Positions 14,572 through 25,004 of a stretch of DNA of 64,000 bases are shown piece after piece. How positions within the stretch are numbered: position 1 is the stretch's first letter; every line of letters begins with the position of its first letter. A program made the translations under genes and the position numbers. Source of the stretch: Candidatus Omnitrophota bacterium (GTDB taxonomy: Bacteria; Omnitrophota; Omnitrophia; Omnitrophales; Aquincolibacteriaceae); NCBI GenBank assembly GCA_043808175.1, contig JAZDFE010000004.1, forward strand, positions 21 to 64,020. The letters run 5' to 3'. The notes below the pieces were generated by a model, which was given only the letters and a program-made list of their open reading frames with translations, was not told the DNA's origin and ran no database searches.

Positions 14572-15945
14572 TTAACTATGGGATATTGGGAACGCGAGAC
14601 GGAGGATCGTCCCCTTTCCAAGCGTTGATTCCACCTCAATCTTTCCCTGATGCATTTCCACGATCTGCTTCGTGATGGAAAGACCCAATCCCGTTCCCTT
14701 CTTCTCCCGGCTCTTGGCGTTACTGGCGCGGTAGAATTCTTCAAAAACATGCGGCAGATCTTCTGCCGGAATGCCGATCCCCGTGTCTTCGATCCGGATG
14801 GATACCCAATCACCGGATGCAGCGACTTCAAAAACAATCTTTCCTCCAGCGGGGGTATATTTCAGTGAATTTTTGAGTAAATTCAATAATGCTTCTTCGA
14901 GGTAGACTCTCACTCCGCGGATCACGATGGGAGCATCATCCATTTTGCACTCGAAAGCAAGCTGTCTGTTTCTAGCCAATTCACTGACCTGTCCCGAGAT
15001 ATCTCGCACAAGCTCATTAAGGGAAACGGATTCCATTGTGAGCTGCTCGGTCAGCTTGAGTTTTGTAATATCCAAGAGAGCATCAACATAAACGATGAGC
15101 TGGATGCTCCGTTCTATGGCTCGATGAAGCAAATCCTCTTGAGCGCTACTGAGAGGTCCCGTGATCCCCATGGTCACTGGTTCAATACAACTTTGGATCG
15201 CCGCAAGGTCTTGGCGAATATCATGGGTCACCCGCAAAACGTACTCGCTTTTGATCTTGTCTTTTTCTCTTAAAAGTCTGTTGACCGCGGCCAGGTTTTT
15301 TTCTCTTTCGCGAAGTTGGGCGGAGATCGATGTGGCCAAAAAGACGGTGATATAGAGGGTGCTTATAAAAACAAACGACACTCCCATGCCATAGAAAATG
15401 TTTTCGTGCAAAGGATAGGAATAAATGGATCGGAGACAGTGATGCGGAAGGATCCCGGAGGATTCCGAAAACATAAGCAGAAAAAAAAGAAAGACGGCGT
15501 AGGTGGCTTGAAAAAAAGACGCCCTTCGTGTCAACAGAATGCTGGCGAAGATCATATGGAAGATAAAATAAAAAATAAAGGGATTTTCGATCCCGCCTGA
15601 AAAATGGATCAGATAACCGAGGCAGGTCAGGTCAATGGAGATCTGGACATTCGCAAAGAAATGAATCCATCGCTCTGAAAACGAAAGCTTCTTTCTCTTT
15701 CGAAAAGAAAGGACAAGAAAAAGAGCAGCATTGTAAAGAGCCAGGAATGCGGCCGTCCCATACATGGGCGCAGTATTGAGGAAAAGACGATTGTGAAATA
15801 TCCGGGGCAACAGGAAAGCGACGCTCAACACGCCCGCGGCAGCGACCCACCGAAGGCGAATAAGCCAATAAACACGCTCGAGCAAGTAATCGGATCGCCC
15901 GATATCGTCCCGGCCTTTTCGCATGCAGCCTCTCTCGGAATTCAC
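14572..15945 (-). CDS. Membrane-bound sensor histidine kinase
   Basis: N-terminal multi-TM region, H-box VTHDIRQDLAAIQ, and HATPase_c motifs DTGIGIPAEDL and GTGLGLSITKQIVEMHQGKIEVES. Confidence 0.9.
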   Translation of the reverse strand: MNSERGCMRKGRDDIGRSDYLLERVYWLIRLRWVAAAGVLSVAFLLPRIFHNRLFLNTAPMYGTAAFLALYNAALFLVLSFRKRKKLSFSERWIHFFANVQISIDLTCLGYLIHFSGGIENPFIFYFIFHMIFASILLTRRASFFQATYAVFLFFLLMFSESSGILPHHCLRSIYSYPLHENIFYGMGVSFVFISTLYITVFLATSISAQLREREKNLAAVNRLLREKDKIKSEYVLRVTHDIRQDLAAIQSCIEPVTMGITGPLSSAQEDLLHRAIERSIQLIVYVDALLDITKLKLTEQLTMESVSLNELVRDISGQVSELARNRQLAFECKMDDAPIVIRGVRVYLEEALLNLLKNSLKYTPAGGKIVFEVAASGDWVSIRIEDTGIGIPAEDLPHVFEEFYRASNAKSREKKGTGLGLSITKQIVEMHQGKIEVESTLGKGTILRLAFPISHS

Positions 15946-15974
15946 AGCGCTAAAATCAGGAAGGAGACCTTGCC

Positions 15975-16364
15975 CTATTTCGTTCCCAGCAATTTGCTGA
16001 CTTTTTTAAGCAATGCATCATGATTAAGAGGCTTTGCGCAATAGTCCTCGACGGGCAACCAGTCTTTATCTCCCGCTTCTTTTTGAAAATCCAAGCCCGT
16101 TTTATCTTTGATGGCCGTTAACATAAGGATGGGAATACGTTGGGTTTGGGGGTCCTTTTTTATTTCTCTTGCAATTTCAAACCCGTCCATCCCCTTGGGC
16201 ATCATTATATCTAGGATAATAAGGTCGGGCTTTTCCTTTTTCGTCCGCGTCAGCCCCTCCAAACCGTTGAAAGCGCTCGTGACGCCATACCCTTGGCTTT
16301 CCAGCACCACCCGGATGGATTCCACAATGTCCGGATCATCATCAATGATCAATACTTTTGCCAT
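15975..16364 (-). CDS. Single-domain response regulator (CheY-like receiver)
   Basis: KVLIIDDDPD...DLIILDIMMPKGMDGFEI...ILMLTA...KP; 129 aa with no output domain. Confidence 0.9.
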   Translation of the reverse strand: MAKVLIIDDDPDIVESIRVVLESQGYGVTSAFNGLEGLTRTKKEKPDLIILDIMMPKGMDGFEIAREIKKDPQTQRIPILMLTAIKDKTGLDFQKEAGDKDWLPVEDYCAKPLNHDALLKKVSKLLGTK

Positions 16365-16489
16365 GTTATTCTCCTTGCATGATTTTAAAATTCTCGAATC
16401 GAACGGCGTGATTATACTCTAAAAAATGCGCCTGGGGAACAAAGACAGGCTCTTCTTTCAGAAGAAGATCCGAAGGGCCCGGTTTTGTT

Positions 16490-17449
16490 TCATAAAGCAC
16501 GGGAAGTTCCCGAAGCGCCCGCAGCCGTGACTTTCTGAATCAATGTCCTCAGCAACGTCACGATCTTAGGATGGCAAAGAACGGTTCCTGCGCGCAGGTA
16601 TTCCATCCCCGATTTTTCGATCACTTCGCGCGCCGCATGGTCCAGGTCATAGAGGATCTCGGCATGGTCGCAAAGAAAACCAAGCGGCACGACCAGGACC
16701 CTTTTTTCACCCCCCGCCGCCAAAGAATGGATCTTTTCTCCGATCTCAGGACTTAACCATGCCGTTTTGGCCGACACCGGACGGGATTGATAAGCCACGG
16801 CCCATTGCTTGTGCCCCAATCGCTCCGCCACAAGGGCGCTCGAGACGCGGGCTTCCTCCGCGTAGCAGGACATCGAATCAGCCGGATCACGGCAGACCGG
16901 CAACGAATGAAATGTGAACAGGATCGGAGTTGCGACGCGTTCCACGGGATCGATCGCTTGCAACACATGTGAGACTTCTTCGGCCTCCGCCTCGATAAAA
17001 AGCTTTTGATCGTGCCATCCCTCGATCCATTGATAACTAAGATCGTTCATTTCTGAAGCAGAACGGACGGATTCCAGACTTTTCTGGTATCCGGCTCCAG
17101 ACGAAGCCGACGGGAAAGGCGTAAGCGGAATGGCAAGTCCTTTCCGGAAACCCTTTTGATAGATCTCCGGCAGGACATCCTTGAGAAAAGGATGCCAATT
17201 TTTCATTCCCGCGAAGACCGGCAGCGAGATTCCCGACGAACGGAGTTCCTGTTCCAAACGGACTTTGAAGTTTGAAACCTGCTCGTTGTACGGCGAGCCT
17301 CCTCCGATCACTTCATAGTGCTTGGCGACAGCCTTCAAGCGATCTCCCGGAACCCCCCGTCCTTCGCTCATCGCCCGGAGATAAGGCATGACCTCTTCTG
17401 GTTTGGAAGGTGCGCCATATCCGACAAGCAGAACGTGATCGAATTTCAT
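16490..17449 (-). CDS. hemH: Ferrochelatase (protoporphyrin or coproporphyrin ferrochelatase)
   Basis: Ferrochelatase pattern (MKFDHVLLVGYGAPSKPEEVMPYL..., FSLHSLP-like FTFHSLP, CDHAEILYDLD). The likely start is ATG 17449, 1 nt after the hemY stop; the longer track start at 17503 overlaps hemY. Confidence 0.85.
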   Translation of the reverse strand: MKFDHVLLVGYGAPSKPEEVMPYLRAMSEGRGVPGDRLKAVAKHYEVIGGGSPYNEQVSNFKVRLEQELRSSGISLPVFAGMKNWHPFLKDVLPEIYQKGFRKGLAIPLTPFPSASSGAGYQKSLESVRSASEMNDLSYQWIEGWHDQKLFIEAEAEEVSHVLQAIDPVERVATPILFTFHSLPVCRDPADSMSCYAEEARVSSALVAERLGHKQWAVAYQSRPVSAKTAWLSPEIGEKIHSLAAGGEKRVLVVPLGFLCDHAEILYDLDHAAREVIEKSGMEYLRAGTVLCHPKIVTLLRTLIQKVTAAGASGTSRAL

Positions 17450-17450
17450 T

Positions 17451-18914
17451 TCAGTGTTTCTCCAAAACAGGGCCGCTTTTTTGCGCATGTTCCGGTCGCA
17501 CATACTTCATGATGGCATCCGCCGCGAACTCAGCGCTTTTGACGCAGTCCGGAACGCCGATGCCGTTGTAGGCGTTCCCGGCAAGATAAAGCCCCGGAAA
17601 GACGGCAAGCTGGGAACGGATCGATGCGACATGGCTGAGATGGCCAACCTGATATTGGGGCATGCTTTGCGGATAACGGCTGACGGAAGTAAACGCCGGC
17701 CGGGCTGTGACCCCAAGATAATGACGCAGCTCTTCCATCACCGCGCGGACCATGGCATCATCTTCCAATGCGTACACCTCCCGGTGGAGCGCGCCTCCTA
17801 CGAAAGTGCGCAAGAGCGCCATTCCTTCGGGAGCACGACCTACAAATTTCACGCTCGAAAAACTGCAGGCCACGATCTTCCTCCGGGTGAACGCAGGGAC
17901 CACGAAGCCGAACCCCCCCAGCGAATGCGGAATATCCTGGCGACGGTACGCGAGATTGACCGTAGCGACCGATTCGTATGGGACCGCCGCGAGGTCGCGT
18001 GAAAGAGAGGGCGCCGGTCCCGCAAGAAGCCGGGCCGCCTGCGGGGCCGGCAAAGCGATGCACACGGCATCCGCATCAAACGTATCGCCTTGCTGGGTCA
18101 TGACCTCCCAATCGGCGGATCGCTTGATTTCTATCGCAGAGGAAGACACCTCGAACCGGACCTTCGGCAGCTTCGACACGATCGTTCGCGTCAATTGTTC
18201 CATGCCGTTCTTGTATGAAAGGAAAAGACTGTAACGCGGGCCGCTTGCAGCCTTGGCCGCGTTCTTTTTCCCGAGCTTCTTCCGCGTAAAAAGTCCGCGG
18301 ATTACGCTGCCATAATGACGCTCCATTTCAAGGAATTGCGGCATGGTCGCTTCCAGGCTCAAATGTTCCGGATCTGCGGTATAGATGCCTCCGATCATGG
18401 GTTGGGCGACCTCTCGCAGCGTGGTCTCGCCGAACCTGCGCCGGACAAAACTCCCAACGCTTTCATCCCCTCCCCCTGGACGTTTGGGAATGAAAAGTTC
18501 GCACCCCATCCGGAGTTTGGTCGCCAAGTCAAGGAGAGGCGTTTGGATGAATGCCTGGATCTGCGACGGCGCGATCAAATAGAAACCTTCGGGAACTTGG
18601 ATCAGTTTCCCGTTTTTGTAAATAAAACTGCGGCGAAATTTTTCGTTGGTCCCGATCACTTCCTGCGCGATTCCGAGACGCTTGGAGAGTTCCAGGGCCG
18701 CGGGTTTCTCTGAAATAAAGGAATCCGGTCCGCCTTCGAGGAGAAAACCTTCTTGGAATCTTGTTTCGATCACGCCGCCAAGACGCGACTTAGCTTCCAA
18801 AAGCGTGATCTCAAGCAGAAAAGATCCTTGCCGGGCGAGCTCCGACAAACGGTAAGCAGTCACAAGACCCGATATCCCGCCGCCGATGATGATGACCTTT
18901 TGGGGAGTGGCCAC
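17451..18914 (-). CDS. hemY: HemY-type FAD oxidase (protoporphyrinogen/coproporphyrinogen III oxidase)
   Basis: N-terminal FAD fold KVIIIGGGISGLVTAYRL, 487 aa, and operon context between hemE and hemH. Confidence 0.85.
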   Translation of the reverse strand: MATPQKVIIIGGGISGLVTAYRLSELARQGSFLLEITLLEAKSRLGGVIETRFQEGFLLEGGPDSFISEKPAALELSKRLGIAQEVIGTNEKFRRSFIYKNGKLIQVPEGFYLIAPSQIQAFIQTPLLDLATKLRMGCELFIPKRPGGGDESVGSFVRRRFGETTLREVAQPMIGGIYTADPEHLSLEATMPQFLEMERHYGSVIRGLFTRKKLGKKNAAKAASGPRYSLFLSYKNGMEQLTRTIVSKLPKVRFEVSSSAIEIKRSADWEVMTQQGDTFDADAVCIALPAPQAARLLAGPAPSLSRDLAAVPYESVATVNLAYRRQDIPHSLGGFGFVVPAFTRRKIVACSFSSVKFVGRAPEGMALLRTFVGGALHREVYALEDDAMVRAVMEELRHYLGVTARPAFTSVSRYPQSMPQYQVGHLSHVASIRSQLAVFPGLYLAGNAYNGIGVPDCVKSAEFAADAIMKYVRPEHAQKSGPVLEKH

Positions 18915-18916
18915 AG

Positions 18917-19960
18917 CTACCTTGCACTCAGCTCATGGACCAGATTGATCAGGCGGATCACATTGTCGACCGGCGTTTGAGGCACGATGCCATGTCCTAA
19001 ATTAAAAATATGGCCCGGTCTTCCATGCGCCTGATCCAGGATTTTCTTCACCTGGGCTCTCAGTTGATCGACAGGCTCGCAGAGCGCCATAGGATCCAGA
19101 TTTCCTTGAATGGCAACATCATAGCCCACCCGCTTCCAGGCCTGATCCAGCGCGATCTGGTGATCCACACTGATCACATCTCCCCCCGCTTCGCGGAACA
19201 TTTTAAGAAAAGGCCCTGTGCCCGTACCGAAATGGATCACGGGAATTCCTTTTTGGATCCCCTGGATCACGACGCGGGTGTGCGGTAAAACATATTCGCG
19301 GTACTCTCCGGGAGCGAGGCATCCGATCCAGCTGTCAAAAAGCTGGATCGCATCCGCACCGGCCTGGATCTGGCCGTTGATGTAGCCGACGACGGCGCGG
19401 CTGATCTTTTCCATGAGGGCATGCCAAGCGACCGGCTGGGAGGTCATAAAATTTTTCGCCTTGGAAAAAACGCGGGAGCTTTTTCCTTCGAGAATGTAAG
19501 CCGCCAAGGTGAAAGGCGCACCGGAGAATCCGATGAGCGGGATATCCGGCTTGAGACATTCGCGCGTCTTCCGGACCGCATCAAAAACATATCGAAGCGA
19601 CTGGGCCGCATCCACTTCCGAGATCCGGTCCACATCTTCCCGTGACTCCATCCGCCCCGTGATGACCGGTCCGCCTCCTGAGGTGTATTCCAAACCGAAC
19701 CCGAGAGGCTCGAGAATCAGCAAGAGATCGGAAAACAGGATCGCAGCGTCGGCTCCTATCCTTTCCTGGGCCGTCACGGTCACTTCCGCGCAAAGGTCCG
19801 GGTTTTTGCAAAGATCGAGGAAGGATACCTTATCGCGCACTTCGCAGTATTCTTTCATGTAGCGCCCGGCCTGCCGCATGAGCCAGACCGGCGTAAACGA
19901 GGTTTTTTCGCGCCAGCAAGCTTTCAGGAAAGGTGACACCTTGGGAGAATCCATGATCAT
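18917..19960 (-). CDS. hemE: Uroporphyrinogen decarboxylase
   Basis: The [15 protein letters not shown] motif and overall URO-D pattern. The likely start is M43 of the track ORF (ATG 19960), forming an ATGA overlap with the upstream radical SAM gene's stop. Confidence 0.9.
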   Translation of the reverse strand: MIMDSPKVSPFLKACWREKTSFTPVWLMRQAGRYMKEYCEVRDKVSFLDLCKNPDLCAEVTVTAQERIGADAAILFSDLLLILEPLGFGLEYTSGGGPVITGRMESREDVDRISEVDAAQSLRYVFDAVRKTRECLKPDIPLIGFSGAPFTLAAYILEGKSSRVFSKAKNFMTSQPVAWHALMEKISRAVVGYINGQIQAGADAIQLFDSWIGCLAPGEYREYVLPHTRVVIQGIQKGIPVIHFGTGTGPFLKMFREAGGDVISVDHQIALDQAWKRVGYDVAIQGNLDPMALCEPVDQLRAQVKKILDQAHGRPGHIFNLGHGIVPQTPVDNVIRLINLVHELSAR

Positions 19961-21099
19961 TTCCTGGTCCCGGAAGGAACCGGCTGGTAGGAACAACAAG
20001 GCTCTTCCGCCAGATAATCCCCCGTAACGGCATAGGTCCTGGAACGTGAGCCGCCGCAAAAATCCTTGTAGGGACAGATCCCGCATTTCCCTTTAAGGCA
20101 TGCCGGATCACGAAGTTGTTTGAGCAGAGGAGAGTTCCTGTAAATCTCGGAAAGATCATTTTTCCGGAGATCACCGGCCTTCAGCGGAAGGAATCCGCTC
20201 GGAAACACCTCACCCCGGGAGGATACGAAGAGAAACCCCTTGCCTGAATTGACGCCTTTGGGCGCGAGTCCGATGCTCCCGCCCGGGCCCTCCGCGCGGC
20301 GAAGAAGTTCCGGCAAAGTGATCTGCCCCCCATCGATCGTGCGGGGGTTGATCCCCCGTTCCAACAATTTTTGCTCGAAGACATATTTTCGATAATGTTG
20401 GGCTTCCGTCACTTTAATGACAAAAGGGACGCGCTTCTGCAGGGCATAGATCTTTTCGAACGCCTCATCGAACTTCGCGGCGCTTAAAAGATCCAGATCC
20501 GCGCCCCGGCCCGTCGGAACGAGAAAGAAAACTTCCCAGAAAACGATCGGGAGAGATTCGACTAGAGCGATGAATTCCTCGAGCTGGCGGCTGTTATGCA
20601 CATTGATCAAAGAATTGATCTGGGCGGCAAGCCCGCATGATTTTGCGATCTTTACGCTCTCAAGGGTCTTGGCGAAAACCCCCGGGGTTTTCCGGAAGGC
20701 GTCGTGATCCGCGGCATTCGGGGCGTCCAGGCTGAATGCGATCTGATCCAGCCCCGCGTCCTTCAATTCGCGGATCCTTGCTTCGGTCAAAAGCGGTGTC
20801 ACGGCCGGGATCGCCCCGGTTTTCATCCCGAGCGATTTGCCGTACCGGATAAGTTCGTTCAACCCTTTTTTCTTTAGGGGATCACCGCCCGTAAAGATCA
20901 GGATCGGAGTCCCCATCTCGCGGACTTCCCGGACAAGGCGCATACTTTCTTCGAAGTTCAGCTCGTCCGGGGCCGGTTCCGATTGGGCCGAAGCGCGGCA
21001 ATGGACGCACGCGAGGTCACAGGCATTCGTGGTCTCCCAGCAGACCAGGAACGGTCTTTGATCGAAATCGAAATTCGAGAAATCCATCTTTTTTTGCAT
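19957..21099 (-). CDS. Radical SAM/SPASM enzyme of the AhbD/AhbC/NirJ family (candidate anaerobic coproheme decarboxylase)
   Basis: CxxxCxxC cluster in the context [18 protein letters not shown], an FFLVPTGRG motif typical of the NirJ/Ahb group, and a Cys-rich C-terminus ([21 protein letters not shown]). Embedded in the haem operon. Confidence 0.7.
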   Translation of the reverse strand: MQKKMDFSNFDFDQRPFLVCWETTNACDLACVHCRASAQSEPAPDELNFEESMRLVREVREMGTPILIFTGGDPLKKKGLNELIRYGKSLGMKTGAIPAVTPLLTEARIRELKDAGLDQIAFSLDAPNAADHDAFRKTPGVFAKTLESVKIAKSCGLAAQINSLINVHNSRQLEEFIALVESLPIVFWEVFFLVPTGRGADLDLLSAAKFDEAFEKIYALQKRVPFVIKVTEAQHYRKYVFEQKLLERGINPRTIDGGQITLPELLRRAEGPGGSIGLAPKGVNSGKGFLFVSSRGEVFPSGFLPLKAGDLRKNDLSEIYRNSPLLKQLRDPACLKGKCGICPYKDFCGGSRSRTYAVTGDYLAEEPCCSYQPVPSGTRK

Positions 21100-21208
21100 A
21101 GATGTTACAAAAAATCCGTTTTATCCGGAGCAAGAAAGCCTTGGGGAATTTAAAAGATTCTCTCTTTTTTAGAGAACTTGAGGCGAGATTATACCACGAA
21201 AAAGAAGC

Positions 21209-22735
21209 TCATAAACTTCTTGCCTCAATATCCATGAGAAGTTTTTTAAAGATCCTGTAGTGAAAAGGAATGCAGGCATACCAGTACAATTTTCCCCATA
21301 AACTTTTCGTATCATAATGGGCCACGAGCAATAGCCGCCTTTTGTTTTCAAATTCCACGATCCTGAATTCAAGCCACGCCTTTCCGGGCAGTTTCATCTC
21401 GGAGCGCAAAAGAAGTTTCCTGTTCTTCTGAAGGTCCTCAATGCGCCAGAAATCGATGACATCATTGATCTTTAAACTGGTATAACTCCGGCGTCCGCGG
21501 GAGGTCCCCACCCCTCCCATGAGGCGATCGATTAGACCGCGCAAACGCCACATCCAATTATTCTGGAACCATCCCTCCTTTCCGCCCACATTGCAAAGTG
21601 ACTTGAAAAGCGAAGACGTGCTTTTGGGGGTCACCAGGGAACAAAAGGTATGGTAAGCCGGCTTGTTCTTCAATTCGCGAAGCTTGAGCGCTAACTCGTG
21701 AGCCGGCGGATAAGCATCAGACCACCGTGTATGGACCCTGTCTTGTTCCTCTCGGGTCAGGGCCCTGACGATTGCTTCCTTGTAGGATATGGGCTCGAAA
21801 GGAAGATACTGTTTGATGCTGTTTTCAAGACACACGACATCATTTTTCAATCCTTCCATCAGACATTGCGTAAGCGGAACCGGCACGGGTGTGAACAGAC
21901 TCGTGAAATAAGCATAAATCCCGATATTGGAAAAAGGAACCGCCACGAAGACCCGCTTCAAGTTCAGGAGCCGGCTCAAGATCATCAGCATCTCCTCATA
22001 GGTCAGGACCTCTTTTCCCCCGATATCAAAATGCTTTCCGGCCGTTCCGGAGACCTCGAGCACGCCGACCAGGTATTTAATGACATCCCGGATCGCAATC
22101 GGCTGGCACCGGCTCTTCGCCCAGCGAGGTACAGGGATGACATAAAGTTTCCTCACCAAATGCTGGACGATCTCATAGGATGCGCTGCCCGCCCCAATAA
22201 TGATGGCCGCCCTGAGAATGGTGACAGGGACCTTCCCTTTCGTCAGCTCTTCGGCCACCTCCATACGGCTTCGCAGGTGGGATGAAAGGGAGACCCGGAT
22301 ATCTCCCAATCCGCCGAGGTAAATAATGCGGCGGATCTTTTGTTTCTCGGCGGCCTTCCGGAAATTCATGGCGGCCTGAATGTCCGCGGCTTGAAATTCT
22401 TTTGGCCCGAGGTTCAAGGAGTGCAGTAGATAGTAAGCCGTGTCGATACCCTCCAGCGCCTTTTCCAAGGATCCGGAGTTCGCATCGAGAATATCCGCCA
22501 CAGCGATCTCCGCACCAGGCCAGAGCTGGTAATATTCAGGAGAATCCCGACGGACCATGGCCCTCACCCGGTATCCCCTTGCCAACAACTCCGGGACCAA
22601 TCGCCCTCCGATATATCCGGAAGCACCCGTCACGAGGATTTTTCCCAGAGTAGGGTCCAGGCTCGACGGTAGGCCGTCGCAAAAAAGATCTTCCTTATTG
22701 GGAAAATTGGAAGGACCTAAGGGCGTGTTAATCAT
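21209..22735 (-). CDS. Atypical SDR/NmrA-like NAD(P)-binding domain fused to a DUF2867-like C-terminal domain
   Basis: The Rossmann motif ILVTGASGYIGGRLVPELLARGYRVRAMVR and a C-terminal region of about 150 aa resembling DUF2867. Its ATG overlaps the hemL stop as TAATG. Confidence 0.65.
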   Translation of the reverse strand: MINTPLGPSNFPNKEDLFCDGLPSSLDPTLGKILVTGASGYIGGRLVPELLARGYRVRAMVRRDSPEYYQLWPGAEIAVADILDANSGSLEKALEGIDTAYYLLHSLNLGPKEFQAADIQAAMNFRKAAEKQKIRRIIYLGGLGDIRVSLSSHLRSRMEVAEELTKGKVPVTILRAAIIIGAGSASYEIVQHLVRKLYVIPVPRWAKSRCQPIAIRDVIKYLVGVLEVSGTAGKHFDIGGKEVLTYEEMLMILSRLLNLKRVFVAVPFSNIGIYAYFTSLFTPVPVPLTQCLMEGLKNDVVCLENSIKQYLPFEPISYKEAIVRALTREEQDRVHTRWSDAYPPAHELALKLRELKNKPAYHTFCSLVTPKSTSSLFKSLCNVGGKEGWFQNNWMWRLRGLIDRLMGGVGTSRGRRSYTSLKINDVIDFWRIEDLQKNRKLLLRSEMKLPGKAWLEFRIVEFENKRRLLLVAHYDTKSLWGKLYWYACIPFHYRIFKKLLMDIEARSL

Positions 22736-24096
22736 TACGGATTACGATGGGCAGAAGATACTTTGCATTGGTGAGCCGCTTTAAAAGCAGCGCATACGGC
22801 TTGAACCGTTCTGTGAAGGTCTTTTTTGCTGTGGGCCACCGACAAAAAGTTCGCCTCAAACGCGGAAGGCGAAAAGTAAACCCCTTTCCCAAGCAGTGTG
22901 TGATAGAACTTCCGGAACGAAGCCGTGTCCTGAAGGCATGCCGCGGGATAATCGCGGACCTTCTGGTCCGTGAAGAAAACCGTGAACATGGATCCGATGC
23001 TATTGATGCACACCCTAACGCCCTGCGACTTCGCGGCGATTTGAATACCCTCACAAAGTGTGCGGGTCGCAGCGGCCAACCGATCATACGGCCGCAAATG
23101 CGCCAGACATTGCAAGGTAGTGATCCCCGCGGTCACAGCGACCGGGTTGCCGGAAAGTGTTCCCGCCTGATAGGCGCCTCCGAGCGGTGCCAGGACCTTC
23201 ATGACTTCACGCGATCCTCCGAACGCTCCGAGCGGCAGGCCGCCCCCGATAATCTTTCCAAGGCAGGTCAGGTCCGGACGAATACCGAAATAATCCTGAA
23301 CGCCCCCGTACCTGAGCCGGAACCCCGTGATCACTTCATCAAAGATCAACAAAGCGCCATGATCGTCGCAAAGTTTCCTGAGTCCTTCCAGAAAACCGGG
23401 CTCCGGCAACACGACGCCCATGTTTCCGGCCACAGGTTCGACAATGATCGCCGCAATTTCTCGGGCATGTTCCTGAAAAATGGCCTGCGTCTTTTTGAGA
23501 TTGTTATAGGGTATAACCAACGTATGTTTTGAAAAATCAGCCGGCACTCCCAGACTGTCCGGGATCCCCAGCGTGCTTGCGCCGGACCCCGACTTTACCA
23601 GAAGATAATCCGCGCCCCCGTGGTAACAGCCCTCGAACTTGATGATCTTGTTCCTTCCCGTAGAAGCCCGTGCGACCCGGACAGCGCCCATGACCGCCTC
23701 GGTCCCGGAACTCGTGAGACGGACCTGCTCTATGGACGGGATCGCATCTACGATCAATTTCGCCAGTTCGGTCTCCAGATTCGTCGGCATTCCGTAGCTC
23801 GTCCCCTTCCGGATCGCCTGTCCGATCGCCCGGATCACCTCCTGATGCGCGTGCCCCAAGATCATAGCGCCCCAAGACAGGCAATAATCGATCATTTTAC
23901 GTCCGTCTTCGGCATAGATCGTGACACCTTTGGCTTTCCGGACAAATATTGGAACGCCGCCGACGGACTTGAAGGACCTTACGGGACTATTTACACCGCC
24001 GGCAAGATATCGCTGAGCGGTTTCAAAAAGCTTGGCATGGTCCTGAAGTCCTGCGACTTTTTGCCGCGCCATGTGTTTTATTTTTGTTTGAGCCAC
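22735..24096 (-). CDS. hemL: Glutamate-1-semialdehyde 2,1-aminomutase
   Basis: GGVNSPVRSF motif, class III aminotransferase pattern, and PLP-lysine context CLGKIIGGGLPLGAFGG. The start may instead be M9 (24072), which would avoid the overlap with hemB. Confidence 0.9.
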   Translation of the reverse strand: MAQTKIKHMARQKVAGLQDHAKLFETAQRYLAGGVNSPVRSFKSVGGVPIFVRKAKGVTIYAEDGRKMIDYCLSWGAMILGHAHQEVIRAIGQAIRKGTSYGMPTNLETELAKLIVDAIPSIEQVRLTSSGTEAVMGAVRVARASTGRNKIIKFEGCYHGGADYLLVKSGSGASTLGIPDSLGVPADFSKHTLVIPYNNLKKTQAIFQEHAREIAAIIVEPVAGNMGVVLPEPGFLEGLRKLCDDHGALLIFDEVITGFRLRYGGVQDYFGIRPDLTCLGKIIGGGLPLGAFGGSREVMKVLAPLGGAYQAGTLSGNPVAVTAGITTLQCLAHLRPYDRLAAATRTLCEGIQIAAKSQGVRVCINSIGSMFTVFFTDQKVRDYPAACLQDTASFRKFYHTLLGKGVYFSPSAFEANFLSVAHSKKDLHRTVQAVCAAFKAAHQCKVSSAHRNP

Positions 24097-25004
24097 TTTG
24101 CCACCTCTCCTGCGTAATAGGTAATGATCTTTTTTGCTCCGGCGCGCCGGATGGCCAAAAGCGTTTCGAACACTGTTCTCTTTTCATCAAAAACGTCTGC
24201 GCGCGATGCTTGCTTCAACATCCCGTATTCTCCGCTTACATGAAAGGCCGCGACCGGAACTTGTGCTTTCTGCTTGAGCCGAAAAATAATATCCAGATAC
24301 GGCAGCGCGGGCTTCACCATTAGAATATCTGCTCCGTCCTTCTGGTCTTTCAAAGCCGACCGCATCACCCGTGCCACATCGGCGGGATCCATCTGATAGG
24401 CACTGCGATCGCCAAACTGTGGGACGGACCCAAGCGCGTCGCGGAACGGCCCGTAAAATGCGGACGCGTACTTGATGGCATAGGCCCAAACACCCGTCCT
24501 GGAAAATCCGGCACGATCAAGCGCCCCGCGGACGGCTTTAACCTGCCCCACCGTCATGGCAGAGGGTCCCACAAAGTCCGCACCGGCTTCAGCCTGTGAA
24601 ACTGCGATCCGGCCGAGCGTCCGGAGCGTCCGCTTCCGGTCGATCTTTCGCCCGTGAAGGATCCCGCAATGTCCGTGGTCCGTAAATCCGCATAAACAGA
24701 CATCGGTAATAATGATGATCTTTTTTCTGAATCGTTTGCGAAGCTCGCGCGTGGCGCTCTGGATCGCGGCCCCTTGATCATAAGCATCCGAACCCAGCGC
24801 ATCTTTCTTTCTCGCGATCCCGAAAAGCAGAACCCCGCGAACTCCGTTCCGGACAAGCGCCGTAACGTTCCAAACGATCAGGTCAGCGGACAAGCGAAAG
24901 ATCCCCGGCATGTTGGGGATCGGCTCTTTCCGGTTCTTTCCGGCAACGGCGAAATAAGGCTGGATGAGATCTTGGGGCTGGATCACCCATCGCTTAGCAG
25001 ACAT
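24078..25004 (-). CDS. hemB: Porphobilinogen synthase (ALA dehydratase), Zn-type
   Basis: The cysteine-rich metal site DVCLCGFTDHGHCG, the active-site region MVKPALPYLD, and a C-terminal ITYYA. Confidence 0.9.
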   Translation of the reverse strand: MSAKRWVIQPQDLIQPYFAVAGKNRKEPIPNMPGIFRLSADLIVWNVTALVRNGVRGVLLFGIARKKDALGSDAYDQGAAIQSATRELRKRFRKKIIIITDVCLCGFTDHGHCGILHGRKIDRKRTLRTLGRIAVSQAEAGADFVGPSAMTVGQVKAVRGALDRAGFSRTGVWAYAIKYASAFYGPFRDALGSVPQFGDRSAYQMDPADVARVMRSALKDQKDGADILMVKPALPYLDIIFRLKQKAQVPVAAFHVSGEYGMLKQASRADVFDEKRTVFETLLAIRRAGAKKIITYYAGEVAKWLKQK

